Made by a program: the position numbers and the translations under genes | Notes under the pieces: model-generated | Told to the model about the DNA's origin: nothing | Database searches by the model: none | What the model saw: only the letters and a program-made list of their open reading frames with translations | Part shown: positions 39,061 to 48,844 of the stretch, piece by piece | How positions within the stretch are numbered: the first letter of the stretch is position 1 | How the letters are laid out: the number at the start of each line of letters is the position of its first letter | DNA from: Truepera sp. | GTDB lineage: Bacteria; Deinococcota; Deinococci; Deinococcales; Trueperaceae | Length of the DNA stretch: 64,000 bases | Assembly: GCA_965218435.1 (NCBI GenBank) | Contig: CBDCKW010000009.1 | Coordinates: 2,176,001-2,240,000, forward strand | Direction of reading: 5' to 3'

Positions 39061-39521
39061 AACAGCCCTTCTGCTGCAGCGCCATCAGAAAGGCGAACTG
39101 ACGGATTACAGCGCCGTAAACCTTACTTTTTCGTGCCAGTACGACCAACAAGTCCGGTAAGTTAGTAATGCAAAAACTTAAAGTTAAGTTTTTGCACGGT
39201 AGGTAAATCTACCGTAAGCTTAAAGAAAATAATAAACTAGGGACACCTGTATCATGAAAGCAGTACGCGCAAAAGCTTTAAAAGCCGAAAAGATGTGTTC
39301 AACTCTACCTTTACGATGATTTCTTAAGTGTTCCAGCCGTCTGCAAACGTACTATCAACGAACTATGGCTGACAACTTCATGAAGCTCAGCTTTACGGCG
39401 GCGCTCAGCGAGGGCACGTTGACTTAAGGGTAATTGCAGACGGAATCAGCGCAGCTATAAGTCGTCGTGTGCCTCATTCCTACTTCTTAACGCTTACCAC
39501 CTACGCTTTGGCGTAGGCATA

Positions 39522-39551
39522 TTGACAGCCCCGCACGCTGCGCCGTAAACT
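39522..39551 (+). promoter_or_regulatory. Promoter of the cobalamin operon
   Basis: TTGACA-N18-TAAACT directly upstream of the riboswitch. Confidence 0.75.
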
Positions 39552-39556
39552 CCCTC

Positions 39557-39665
39557 ACGCAGTGCGCTGGGGAAGTCCGGTGAGAGTCCGGCGCTGTCCC
39601 GCAACGGTAACGTCTGAAACGGTTTGCAGTGTAGTTAGGCGAAGCCCGAATACCGGCGTAGTGAC
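39557..39665 (+). ncRNA. Cobalamin riboswitch
   Basis: GGGGAAGTCCGGTGAGAGTCCGGCGCTGTCCCGCAACGGTAA ... AAGCCCGAATACCGGC matches the B12-element core, and it precedes btuF/cob genes. Confidence 0.93.
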
Positions 39666-39775
39666 GAAACGTACCCCTGGCGCGGACCAAGGCGGGCGGC
39701 GTGTGCTGTTTCGGCCTTGGGACCGTACAGGCGCGGCCTCTTCTTATTCCGCTTCAGGCTGCCCGAGGAGGCACC

Positions 39776-40684
39776 ATGAAGAGGTTTTTGGTCGCGGTTT
39801 TTTGGTTGGTTTGGTTTAGCTTAGCGGCAGCCACGACGTATCCGTATACCGTCACCGACGATTTAGGCGTTGAGGTCACCCTAAACGCCGAACCTATGCG
39901 CGTCGTAACGATGATTCCGAGTCATACCGAAACGCTCTGCGCCATCGCCGCGTGTGACAAACTCGTCGGGATAGACACGTACAGCAACTTTCCGGCGCGG
40001 GTAGATAAGTTGCCCAAGCTCGGCAGCGCCTTCGAGCCGAACCTCGAGGCCATCGTCGCCCTAAAGCCTGATTTAGTCTTGACCGATGAATCGTCCGACC
40101 TCGCAGGGGCGCTCCGGCAGGTCGGGATTCCTGTGTACGCCGGAACCGCGCAGACGTATGACGAAGTGTTTGAAAAGTTCAAAGTTTTAGGCGAACTGCT
40201 CAACCGGGAAACCCAGGCGGCCCTTCTAAGTGGCCGCGTGCAGGGGAGTATCCGGGCGATCAGTGAGCGGGCGAGCCGGTTAGACCCGACTTCGGTCTAT
40301 TACGAGATTGACCCGACCCCCTACAGCGTCGGGCCGAACTCGTTCATCGGCGTACTCTTAAGCCGCGCCGGGGGCAAAAATATCGTCGAGGCGGGTCTGG
40401 GCGATTTTCCTAAACTTGACCCTGAATACGTCGTTGCGGCTGACCCGGAGGTCATCATCGTCAGTGAACGAGACGCTAAAACGCTGCCGCAACGTTCCGG
40501 TTGGGCCGGGATTGCCGCCGTGCAAAACGGACGTGTCATTCCGACCACGCCGACCTTAGATGACGCTATCAGTCGCCCTGGACCGCGCATCGCCCTAGCC
40601 GTACAGTTTTTTGCGCACGCGCTCCACCCGGATGTTTTCGGCGATGTTTTTGGTGACGTTGCTGTTCCGGCTACTGCCCGCTAG
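39776..40684 (+). CDS. btuF: Cobalamin/corrinoid ABC transporter substrate-binding protein
   Basis: Signal peptide, P.RVV...PS.TE.L.AI, PNLEAIVALKPDLV and SRPGPR, located behind the riboswitch. Confidence 0.85.
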   Translation: MKRFLVAVFWLVWFSLAAATTYPYTVTDDLGVEVTLNAEPMRVVTMIPSHTETLCAIAACDKLVGIDTYSNFPARVDKLPKLGSAFEPNLEAIVALKPDLVLTDESSDLAGALRQVGIPVYAGTAQTYDEVFEKFKVLGELLNRETQAALLSGRVQGSIRAISERASRLDPTSVYYEIDPTPYSVGPNSFIGVLLSRAGGKNIVEAGLGDFPKLDPEYVVAADPEVIIVSERDAKTLPQRSGWAGIAAVQNGRVIPTTPTLDDAISRPGPRIALAVQFFAHALHPDVFGDVFGDVAVPATAR

Positions 40685-40687
40685 CCT

Positions 40688-41425
40688 GTGCTCCGCGCCC
40701 TGCACGTCGCGTTAGTCTTTCTGACCACGCTGCCCCTGCCACCGATTAAAGCGTGGCAAGAGGGCGACGCGCGGCGGAGCGTGCAGGCGTATCCGCTCGT
40801 CGGACTCGTTTTGGGCGTCATTTTGTGGGCGGCGGCGCGGGGTTTGGGCGCACTGCCGGGGGTGCCGGACGCCTTGCAGGGTGCTCTATTACTCGGAGTG
40901 TGGCTTCTCTTAACCGGGGCACTGCACTTCGACGGATTTTGCGACATGGCGGACGCCGCGTTCTCGAGTAAACCGCCCGAAGTGCGGCAGAAGATTGCCA
41001 AAGACTCACAGCTCGGGGCGTTTGCGCTCGCGGCGGGCGGGGTGCTCTTGCTCGTCAAGGCGGCGGCGCTCGGCAGCGTCACGCCCGCGCTGCTGCTCTT
41101 CGTCCCGCTGCTGAGCCGCACTGTGGTCGTGTTGCCGCTGACGTTCGGACGCACGCACAGCTCGAGCCGACTCGGACGCAGCACCCAACCGAGTCCGGCT
41201 GAAGCGCGGCTACCGTTACTTCTAGGTTTAGCGTTGGGCGTCGGTATCAGTTTATCAACCCAGACCTTGACAGCGTTTTTAGGATTGACAGCTGCGGCGC
41301 TCGTCACCACTCTGCTGCTGGCTTGGTGGCTCGCCAAACGGTTGGGCGGGCTCGGCGGCGACGCTTACGGCGCAATCATCGAAACGAGTGAAGCCCTCAT
41401 GCTGAGCTTGGCGGTGCTTTGGTGA
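40688..41425 (+). CDS. cobS: Adenosylcobinamide-GDP ribazoletransferase (cobalamin synthase)
   Basis: FLTTLP, YPLVG, TGALHFDGFCDMADA, KDS.LGAF and GGLGGDAYGA..E. Confidence 0.95.
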   Translation: MLRALHVALVFLTTLPLPPIKAWQEGDARRSVQAYPLVGLVLGVILWAAARGLGALPGVPDALQGALLLGVWLLLTGALHFDGFCDMADAAFSSKPPEVRQKIAKDSQLGAFALAAGGVLLLVKAAALGSVTPALLLFVPLLSRTVVVLPLTFGRTHSSSRLGRSTQPSPAEARLPLLLGLALGVGISLSTQTLTAFLGLTAAALVTTLLLAWWLAKRLGGLGGDAYGAIIETSEALMLSLAVLW

Positions 41426-42177
41426 CCGACGCCGTAAACAGCCCCGGTGTAGACATTAAGGCAGACACCAGGGTAACCATTCCGGGGATAACCGTTTCAG
41501 GGGTAACGCTCGAGCGGACGCTGCCGACCCCTGAACGTTGGGATCATCACCTCGTCATTACCTTACCCGAACCTTGCGAGGTGGTCTCGAGTGCTCCCTT
41601 AAACGGCGGTTTCGGCCGCTACCGCGCAGTTGTCAACCGGAGCGTCCCGCAAGATTGGCAGGGTGACAAGGGTGACGTAGACGGCGTGGGCAACGACCCC
41701 GAAACCGCTATGAAACGCTACGTCACGCGTTTGGGGCTCCTCGCCGAAACGACCGTCGGGCTGATCACTGCAATCAGTATGGCCGACCTGCGTTACGCGG
41801 TCGCCGAACGCTCGGGCTGGCGCGTTCACACGCTCCTGACAGCGGGCGTCGGGAACGCAGCAGCGGCGGGCGGGCGGTTCCCACTGGACGGTCTTCCTGC
41901 CGGAACCGTCAATGTGATCGTGCTCCTCGAGGGACATCTAAACCCTTCAGCCCTCATCGGCGCGGTGCAGAGCGCAACCGAAGCGAAGACCGCCGCACTG
42001 CGAGACTTAGGCGTGACAACTCAGTTTGGTGAACCGGCCACCGGAACGACGACCGACACCGTAACGGTCGTTAATCTCAGCACAAAACCCACCAGCCCTT
42101 ACGCCGGACTCGCCACGCCACCCGGATTTCTAGTTGCTGAAACGGTCTACACCGCCCTGTCGGCGGCGCTCAGTTAA
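41422..42177 (+). CDS. cbiZ: Adenosylcobinamide amidohydrolase
   Basis: [36 protein letters not shown] and ATGTTTD. Confidence 0.9.
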   Translation: MTDAVNSPGVDIKADTRVTIPGITVSGVTLERTLPTPERWDHHLVITLPEPCEVVSSAPLNGGFGRYRAVVNRSVPQDWQGDKGDVDGVGNDPETAMKRYVTRLGLLAETTVGLITAISMADLRYAVAERSGWRVHTLLTAGVGNAAAAGGRFPLDGLPAGTVNVIVLLEGHLNPSALIGAVQSATEAKTAALRDLGVTTQFGEPATGTTTDTVTVVNLSTKPTSPYAGLATPPGFLVAETVYTALSAALS

Positions 42178-42187
42178 AGGAGAGTTT

Positions 42188-42760
42188 ATGTCAGATACTA
42201 AGGCACCCCCGACCAACCGTAAAACTGAAAAAGCGCAGGGCGAACGGCGCGGGCTGGTGATTATCAATACGGGTCACGGCAAGGGCAAAACGACGGCGGC
42301 GCTGGGGCTGCTGCTACGTGCGCACGGGCGCGGCCTCAGAACGCGGCTGTTTCAATTTATCAAGCACGAAGGGGCCAAGTTCGGCGAACACCGCAGCTTA
42401 ACTGCGCTGGGCGTTCCGTTCGCGGGCCTCGGCGACGGCTTTTCGTGGCGCTCACAAGATTTGGATAAGAGTCAGGCGCTCGCCCTAGCCGGGTGGGAGG
42501 AGGCGAAAGCCGCCATTTTGAGCGGTGACTATGATCTAGTCGTGCTCGACGAGGTGACCTATCCGGTGTCATGGGGCTGGCTTGACGTAGATGACGTAGT
42601 AGAGACGCTAAAGGCGCGTCCGGAAAAGATGCACGTCGTTTTGACAGGCCGCGACGCTCACGAAAAACTCGTGGCCGCGGCGGATACCGTTACGGAGATG
42701 AAAAAGATCAAGCACGCCTTCGATGCGGATGTTCCGGCGCAGCGCGGTATCGAGCATTAG
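42188..42760 (+). CDS. cobO: Cob(I)yrinic acid a,c-diamide adenosyltransferase
   Basis: [38 protein letters not shown] and AQRGIE. Confidence 0.95.
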   Translation: MSDTKAPPTNRKTEKAQGERRGLVIINTGHGKGKTTAALGLLLRAHGRGLRTRLFQFIKHEGAKFGEHRSLTALGVPFAGLGDGFSWRSQDLDKSQALALAGWEEAKAAILSGDYDLVVLDEVTYPVSWGWLDVDDVVETLKARPEKMHVVLTGRDAHEKLVAAADTVTEMKKIKHAFDADVPAQRGIEH

Positions 42761-42770
42761 AGTAGCTGAC

Positions 42771-43139
42771 ATGAACTTTCATCACCGTAAACTGCCCCAG
42801 TTATCTTCTACCTTCACGATTTTGTCGGGACATACGCCGCCGGACGAGGTAGGCTTTCGTTCGGAGCGGTTGCAGATTCTTTACAACCATACCGACGTCG
42901 CCTGGTCTGACGCCGGTTCGCACAAGCATACTGAGAGTGACGAGTGCTTCGTCGTGCTTAAAGGCAGCCTCGAGGTCGAGGTAGAGGGCGTCCGTCATAC
43001 GGTCAGTGAACGCGAGTTTTGCTGTTTCCCCGCCGGGGTTTATCACGCTGTGATCAAGGTACAGCCACCTGTCGAAACCCTGATGATTCGCGCACCCTCG
43101 GTGCAAGACAAGATTTACCGAGAGAGCCGCAGCCCATAA
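42771..43139 (+). CDS. Cupin-domain protein within the cobalamin operon
   Basis: HKHTESDECFVVLKGSL and FPAGVYH cupin metal-binding motifs. Confidence 0.85.
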   Translation: MNFHHRKLPQLSSTFTILSGHTPPDEVGFRSERLQILYNHTDVAWSDAGSHKHTESDECFVVLKGSLEVEVEGVRHTVSEREFCCFPAGVYHAVIKVQPPVETLMIRAPSVQDKIYRESRSP

Positions 43140-44075
43140 ATGCGCTCCGTCCGTGCTGCACTTTTCAGCTTTGGGATAGACGCCTGCTTTGGTGAGCCCC
43201 CAACGCGGTTTCATCCGGTCGTCTGGATGGGGCAGTATTTGGGGCTGTATAAAAAGGTGCAGGGCTGGGGTTCTCCTCAACAAGTCCTTACCGGCGCGGG
43301 GTTCGTCCTCGTCGGTGCGGCGGTGTGCGGCGTGACGGCTTGGGGCGTGCAAAAGGGTTTAGGCCGTCTCCCCCGGCCTGCTCGAGTTATCGGCACCGCC
43401 CTCGTCCTTAAACCGCTCTTTAGTTTTTCTGCACTCTCACGAGCAGGTAACGCCGTAAAAGAGGCGCTCGAGGCCCAAAATTTACCCGAAGCGCGGCGGC
43501 TCTTGGCGTGGCACCTCGTCAGCCGTGACACCGCAGACCTTACGGCGGGTGAGGTGGCGGGCGCAGCTATCTCGTCGCTGGCGGAAAACCTGACCGACAG
43601 CATCGTTGCGCCGCTGGTTTATTTTGCGCTCTTCGGCCTACCCGGAGCGGCGGTTTACCGCTTGGTCAACACCGCCGACGCGGTGCTTGGCTACCGCACG
43701 CCGGAGCTGGAAGACTTCGGCAAAGTTGCGGCTCGCAGCGACGACGCGCTGAACTTCGTTCCGGTGCGGCTGACGGCTGTGCTCCTGCTCGGTGCCCTCA
43801 AGGTCGCCGGGTTACCGGCCCGTAAAAGCTGGAGCGTCATGCTTCAAGACCGTAAACGCACCCCGAGTCCGACCGGCGGTTTGACGATGGCGCTCGTAGC
43901 GGCAGGTCTCGGCGTCAACCTCACGAAGCGCGGCGTTTACACCCTGAACGACACGGGCCGCACGCCGACGGCTGCAGATATAGACCGTACAGGGCGGCTT
44001 ATCAAGCTGACTACCGTTTTAGGTTTCAGTCTTTATGCTTTCGCTGAAGGTTTAAGAGTGTTGCGCCGTGCCTAA
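43140..44075 (+). CDS. cbiB: Adenosylcobinamide-phosphate synthase
   Basis: GEPP..HPVVWMG, LVSRDT, SLAENLTDSIVAPL, YRLVNTADA..GY and DD.LNF.PVRL. Confidence 0.95.
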   Translation: MRSVRAALFSFGIDACFGEPPTRFHPVVWMGQYLGLYKKVQGWGSPQQVLTGAGFVLVGAAVCGVTAWGVQKGLGRLPRPARVIGTALVLKPLFSFSALSRAGNAVKEALEAQNLPEARRLLAWHLVSRDTADLTAGEVAGAAISSLAENLTDSIVAPLVYFALFGLPGAAVYRLVNTADAVLGYRTPELEDFGKVAARSDDALNFVPVRLTAVLLLGALKVAGLPARKSWSVMLQDRKRTPSPTGGLTMALVAAGLGVNLTKRGVYTLNDTGRTPTAADIDRTGRLIKLTTVLGFSLYAFAEGLRVLRRA

Positions 44076-45096
44076 ACCGGTTTTAGCTCTACCACCCTAC
44101 GCGGCGCACGGCGGGCCGGACGGGACGCCCGTAAACATTGACTTTAGCGTCAACAGCAACCCGTTCGGATCGCCGCCAGCCCTCTTAACGCAGCTCAGCA
44201 GGGTTGAGGTCTCGAGTTACCCCGACCCAAATTACCCGGAGGCGCGAACCGTAGCGGCGCAATATCACGGCGTCCCCTTAGAGCAAGTTGTGCTGGGCGG
44301 CGCAGCCGAACTGATCTACCGGTTGTCGGCGTGCTATCTAAAACCCGGCAGACGCGTGCTCGTCGCCTCCCCGAGTTTCGGCGAGTACACGCGGGCGGCG
44401 CACCTTTACGGCGCGGCGGTTTGTCACTGTGACGTTTATGAGCGAGACGTTGACCCGGCTGTAGACACCTTGATTATGGCAATTCAAGATATGAGACCGA
44501 CGCTGGTTTGGCTCTGTCAGCCGAACAATCCGACCGGTCACGCTTGGAGCGCGGGGGCTTTGGCTAGCGTGGCAGACACCTGTCAAGAGTGCGACGCGCT
44601 GCTCGTCATAGACGCGGCGTACCTCGAGCTGAGCATCGCCACCTCAGACCTGCCGGAAACTGCCACCGTACTTCTTCCGCTGACCAAAACCTTTGGGATT
44701 GCCGGTCTCCGCGCCGGTTACGCGCTCGCACCACCGGAGGTAGCCGAAACGCTCCGCCGCGCGGCTCCGCCGTGGCCGGTGAGCACGCCCGCCTCTGCTA
44801 CCGTTTATTGGTGCCGCACTGAAGGGCAAGCGTTCATAGAGAAAACAGTACCGGAACTGCTCGAGCTCCGCAGAACCTTTCAAACCGGTTTGCACACGTT
44901 GGGATTTAAGACTTGGGCGAGTACCTCGAGCTTTTTTCTGATAGATGTCGGGAATGCTGCCGAGTTTACGGCGAGGGCAAAAATGGCCAGGTTCCGGGTG
45001 CGGGACGGCTCGAGCTTCGGTCTGCCCGGTTGTATCCGCTTGGCCGCGCAGCGTAAGGCAGAAAACGAGGCATTTTTACGGTGGCTGGCGTGCTAG
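44068..45096 (+). CDS. cobD: L-threonine-O-3-phosphate decarboxylase (class I/II PLP enzyme)
   Basis: HGG, DFSVNSNP, YPDP, CQPNNPTG, DAAY and LTKTFGIAGLRAGY, in cob context. Confidence 0.85.
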   Translation: MPKPVLALPPYAAHGGPDGTPVNIDFSVNSNPFGSPPALLTQLSRVEVSSYPDPNYPEARTVAAQYHGVPLEQVVLGGAAELIYRLSACYLKPGRRVLVASPSFGEYTRAAHLYGAAVCHCDVYERDVDPAVDTLIMAIQDMRPTLVWLCQPNNPTGHAWSAGALASVADTCQECDALLVIDAAYLELSIATSDLPETATVLLPLTKTFGIAGLRAGYALAPPEVAETLRRAAPPWPVSTPASATVYWCRTEGQAFIEKTVPELLELRRTFQTGLHTLGFKTWASTSSFFLIDVGNAAEFTARAKMARFRVRDGSSFGLPGCIRLAAQRKAENEAFLRWLAC

Positions 45097-45109
45097 GGGT
45101 GTTGTCAAA

Positions 45110-45727
45110 ATGCTAGAGCTGTGGCTCGTGCGGCACGGCGAAACGGTGTGGAATTTGGAGGGGCGCGTGCAGGGGTACGGACAAGGTTACCAACAGGGCG
45201 GCGACCCGCCACTCTCGGAAATGGGTCGAGCACAAGCGCAAACGCTCGAGCCCAGGCTTAAGGGAACGTTTACAGCGGTCTACAGCTCCGGTTTACGGCG
45301 AACCACCGAGACGGCGCAGCTCGCGCTCCCTAGCGTAGAGGCCATTCCCGACGCACGTCTGTGCGAACTCAGTTTCGGCGCGTGGGAAGGCAAAACTTGG
45401 GCAGAAGTGGCGGAGACTGACCCCGACGCGCTGGCCGCTTGGTACGCCGATCCTTACGAGCACGCGCCGACAAAGGGCGAAAGGTACGCCGACCTCGAGA
45501 CTCGCGTCCAAACATGGCTGGGAACGTTGCCGAAGGCGGGCCGCGTGCTCGCTTTTACGCATGGTGGCCCTATCCGCGCGGTGCTTTACGGATTGACCGG
45601 TGTTCCGCAGGGGCGAGTGTGGCGGTTTGAGATCGGCCCGGCGAGCCTGACCAAACTCGTCTTGGGCGACGCGGGAGCTATCGTCAAAACGGTCGGAGAC
45701 GTAGCCCATTTAGAGGCGCTGATATAA
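45110..45727 (+). CDS. cobC: Histidine phosphatase, probable alpha-ribazole phosphatase
   Basis: LVRHGET, FGAWEG and THGGPIR, in cob context. Confidence 0.8.
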   Translation: MLELWLVRHGETVWNLEGRVQGYGQGYQQGGDPPLSEMGRAQAQTLEPRLKGTFTAVYSSGLRRTTETAQLALPSVEAIPDARLCELSFGAWEGKTWAEVAETDPDALAAWYADPYEHAPTKGERYADLETRVQTWLGTLPKAGRVLAFTHGGPIRAVLYGLTGVPQGRVWRFEIGPASLTKLVLGDAGAIVKTVGDVAHLEALI

Positions 45728-47736
45728 TGGGCCGAGCTTTGATGGTGCAGGGGTGCAGCTCGAGCGCGGGCAAATCGTATCTGACGGCGGCCTTGTGCCG
45801 CATCTACGCGCGGCGCGGCGTCCGAGTGGCTCCCTTTAAGGCGCAGAACATGAGCAACAATGCGGGCGTGACTCCGGCAGGTTTAGAGATGGGCCGCGCC
45901 CAGCTGACGCAAGCTCGAGCGGCCCGCGTCACACCCGACGTGCGGATGAATCCGGTGCTCATCAAACCCGAGGGCAACACACGGTCGCAGGTCGTCGTGC
46001 TCGGTCGCCGTGACGACGCGGTGGCGCGGCTGCCCTGGACGGAACGTAAAACGGCGCTGTGGCCGGTCGTGCAGGCGTCCTTACACAGTCTCCTAGACGA
46101 GTTCGAGCTGGTCATCCTCGAGGGCGCAGGCAGCCCCGCCGAGGTCAACTTAAAAACGGGCGATATCGTCAATATGCGGGTGGCGCAGGAGGCTCAGGCC
46201 CGCGTCCTCCTCACCGCCGACATCGACCGGGGCGGCGCGTTCGCGCACCTTTTAGGCACCTGGGCGTGTTTGGAGCCGGACGAGCAAGATACTCTTTTAG
46301 GCTTTGTGCTCAACAAGTTTCGCGGTGACCCGGCGCTTTTGGGAGACGGAATGGGGTGGCTCGAGGCTCGCACCGCTGTGCCTACTCTCGGCGTGGTGCC
46401 GTATCTGCCACTCCCGTTACCGGAGGAGGACGCCCATACCCTTCAAGCCGGTGTAAACGCAAAACCCGGATTTAACGTCGCCGTCCTCAAGTTTCCTACG
46501 GTCTCCAACTTCGATGAGTTTGACGCGCTGGCGAACGAACCGGGGGTTTCGCTTCGCTGGACAGATAACCCCGCAGGGCTTTCCGGCGCAGGGCTGATTG
46601 TTTTGCCGGGGTCAAAACACGTTGCAGCGGACGCGGCGTGGCTGGAGCGTACCGGTCTGGCCGAAGCGGTGAAAACGCACGCAGGAGCAGGCACGCCGAT
46701 TTTAGGTGTTTGCGGCGGGTTGCAGCTGCTCGGTGAAACAGTTAGCGACCCGCACGGCCTCGAAGGAGGCGACGTGACAGGATTGGGACTGTTGGAGCTG
46801 GCGACAACCCTCGAGTCCGAAAAAGTGACGCGGCAGACTCGAGCCCAGCTATCAGACGGGACAAGCGTCTCCGGTTACGAGATTCATCATGGCCGCAGCC
46901 ACGCGTGGGGCGAAACGAAGCCGTACTTATCGGACGGACTCGGCTTTCGGCGGGGAACTGTTACGGGCGTTTACCTCCACGGACTTTTTGAAGATACTGC
47001 GTTCCGAACAGCGTTTCTCGGCATTTTAGGCGTTCAAAGCACCGATACTGACCGAGCCGAAGCGTTAGACAAAACGCTTGACGTACTGGCCGACCATGTA
47101 GCAGCGAATCTCGAGCTAGGCAAAATAGACGACGCCGTATTCGGATCACCGCGATCCCAACAGTCACCGCGCTCGCGCCTGATTCTGGTGACCGGCGGGG
47201 TGCGCTCGGGCAAATCGCGTTACGCCGAGGCGTTGGTCACGCACTGGTTAAGTTCAGGCGAGAACGCGCTTTACTTGGCGACGTTACATGCCGGAGACGA
47301 CGAGATGACGCGGCGTATTGCGGCGCACCGGGCGCAGCGGCCTGCTGGCTGGCGGACGCTCGAGACCCCTCTTGCTCCCGCAACTGCTATGCAAGAAAGT
47401 CCTGAAAGGGTTGTGCTCCTCGATTGCCTTTCTGGGCTCGTATCTAACGTGCTGCTCGAGCACGAAGCTAAAGGCGAAGAAACCGTTATTCAGATAGTTC
47501 TAGACGCCGTAACTGAACTCACTGAGGCTGCACGCAAGACCCAAAAAACCGTCGTCATCGTCACCAACGAAGTCGGGAGCGGCGTCGTTCCGGCGTATCC
47601 GCTGGGCCGCCTTTACCGCGACGCGTTAGGGCTCGCCAACGCGCACGTGGCAGCGGCGGCGGACGCGGTAGCCCTGTGCGTCGTCGGCTTGCCGCAAACC
47701 CTTAAAGGTTCACTGCCGGAGGTTTCACTTGACTGA
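45727..47736 (+). CDS. cobQ: Cobyric acid synthase CobQ fused to bifunctional cobinamide kinase/guanylyltransferase CobU
   Basis: CobQ motifs: GCSSSAGKS, PFKAQNMS, EGAGSPAE, GVCGG.Q and YLHG. In-frame CobU motifs: LVTGGVRSGKS, RIAAHRAQRP, LLDCL and VTNEVGSG. Confidence 0.94.
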   Translation: MGRALMVQGCSSSAGKSYLTAALCRIYARRGVRVAPFKAQNMSNNAGVTPAGLEMGRAQLTQARAARVTPDVRMNPVLIKPEGNTRSQVVVLGRRDDAVARLPWTERKTALWPVVQASLHSLLDEFELVILEGAGSPAEVNLKTGDIVNMRVAQEAQARVLLTADIDRGGAFAHLLGTWACLEPDEQDTLLGFVLNKFRGDPALLGDGMGWLEARTAVPTLGVVPYLPLPLPEEDAHTLQAGVNAKPGFNVAVLKFPTVSNFDEFDALANEPGVSLRWTDNPAGLSGAGLIVLPGSKHVAADAAWLERTGLAEAVKTHAGAGTPILGVCGGLQLLGETVSDPHGLEGGDVTGLGLLELATTLESEKVTRQTRAQLSDGTSVSGYEIHHGRSHAWGETKPYLSDGLGFRRGTVTGVYLHGLFEDTAFRTAFLGILGVQSTDTDRAEALDKTLDVLADHVAANLELGKIDDAVFGSPRSQQSPRSRLILVTGGVRSGKSRYAEALVTHWLSSGENALYLATLHAGDDEMTRRIAAHRAQRPAGWRTLETPLAPATAMQESPERVVLLDCLSGLVSNVLLEHEAKGEETVIQIVLDAVTELTEAARKTQKTVVIVTNEVGSGVVPAYPLGRLYRDALGLANAHVAAAADAVALCVVGLPQTLKGSLPEVSLD

Positions 47737-48769
47737 CTTTGACCAGACGATCTCACAGATTCAAAACGTAGACGTAGCAATCTACCAACGAGCGTTGGAA
47801 CGTCACGCTACCTTGACCAAACCACCGGGGAGTTTGGGGCGGCTCGAGCCCCTCGGCGCACGTCTCGCAGCGGTTCAGGGCACCGTCAAACCCGTCATCA
47901 GGAAAAAAGCCGTCGCGGTCTTTGCCGCCGACCACGGCGTTACGGCGTCGGGCGTGTCGGCCTATCCAAAAGAAGTGACCGCCGGGATGGTCCGCAACTT
48001 TCTCGCCGGGGGCGCAGCCATCAATGCCCTCGCCCGGAGCGCCGGGGCTGAGCTGCTCGTCATAGATGTCGGGGTAGACGCCGACTTTGAGCCACACCCA
48101 CGGCTTTGGGAGCGCAAAGTTGCACGCGGTACCCGGAATATGCTCGACAGTCCGGCGATGACCCGTGAGGAGGCCGCCGCCGCGCTTGACGTCGGACTCG
48201 TGGCCGCACAAACGCTCGTTTTACGGGGCGCTAATCTGTTAGCCGGGGGCGAAATGGGCATCGGCAATACGACCGCCGCCGCCGCTCTCACCGCGTTTTT
48301 TACCAAACGTACGGCGGTTGAGGTCACCGGGCGCGGTACAGGCGTTGACGACGCGGGTTTGGTGCATAAAGTCGGTGTGGTCGAAGCGGTCATCACGAAG
48401 CACCAAGACGCAAAACGTCCGTTAGACGCGCTCGCCTGTTTCGGCGGCTTTGAAATCGCGGCGCTGACCGGATTTTACCTGGGGGCGGCAGCGGCCCAAA
48501 CGCCGGTCGTGCTCGACGGCTTTATCTCTACGGCGGCGGCGCTCGTCGCGGTGGCGTTAGCGCCTGCCGTAAAAGATTATCTGTTCGCCTCGCATCTGTC
48601 AGAGGAGCGTGGACACCGGGTTCAACTCGAGTTTTTGGGGCTCGAGCCCCTCTTCGACCTAAACCTCAGGCTCGGTGAAGGCACAGGCGCAGTGCTGGCG
48701 TTCGGGCTGTTAGAGGGTGCGGCTGCGACCCTGACGGAGATGGCGACCTTTGCTGAAGCGTCCCTGTAG
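47729..48769 (+). CDS. cobT: Nicotinate-nucleotide--dimethylbenzimidazole phosphoribosyltransferase
   Basis: LTKPPGSLGRLE, FAADHG, GEMGIGNTT, GRGTG and LRLGEGTGA. Confidence 0.96.
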   Translation: MTDFDQTISQIQNVDVAIYQRALERHATLTKPPGSLGRLEPLGARLAAVQGTVKPVIRKKAVAVFAADHGVTASGVSAYPKEVTAGMVRNFLAGGAAINALARSAGAELLVIDVGVDADFEPHPRLWERKVARGTRNMLDSPAMTREEAAAALDVGLVAAQTLVLRGANLLAGGEMGIGNTTAAAALTAFFTKRTAVEVTGRGTGVDDAGLVHKVGVVEAVITKHQDAKRPLDALACFGGFEIAALTGFYLGAAAAQTPVVLDGFISTAAALVAVALAPAVKDYLFASHLSEERGHRVQLEFLGLEPLFDLNLRLGEGTGAVLAFGLLEGAAATLTEMATFAEASL

Positions 48770-48844
48770 CTGCTAAAAAAGAGCGCAGCGCACCCTAAGA
48801 ACTCTCAGCAAAAACTCTCAGCTGCGGGTGTTAAACTCAGGGCC

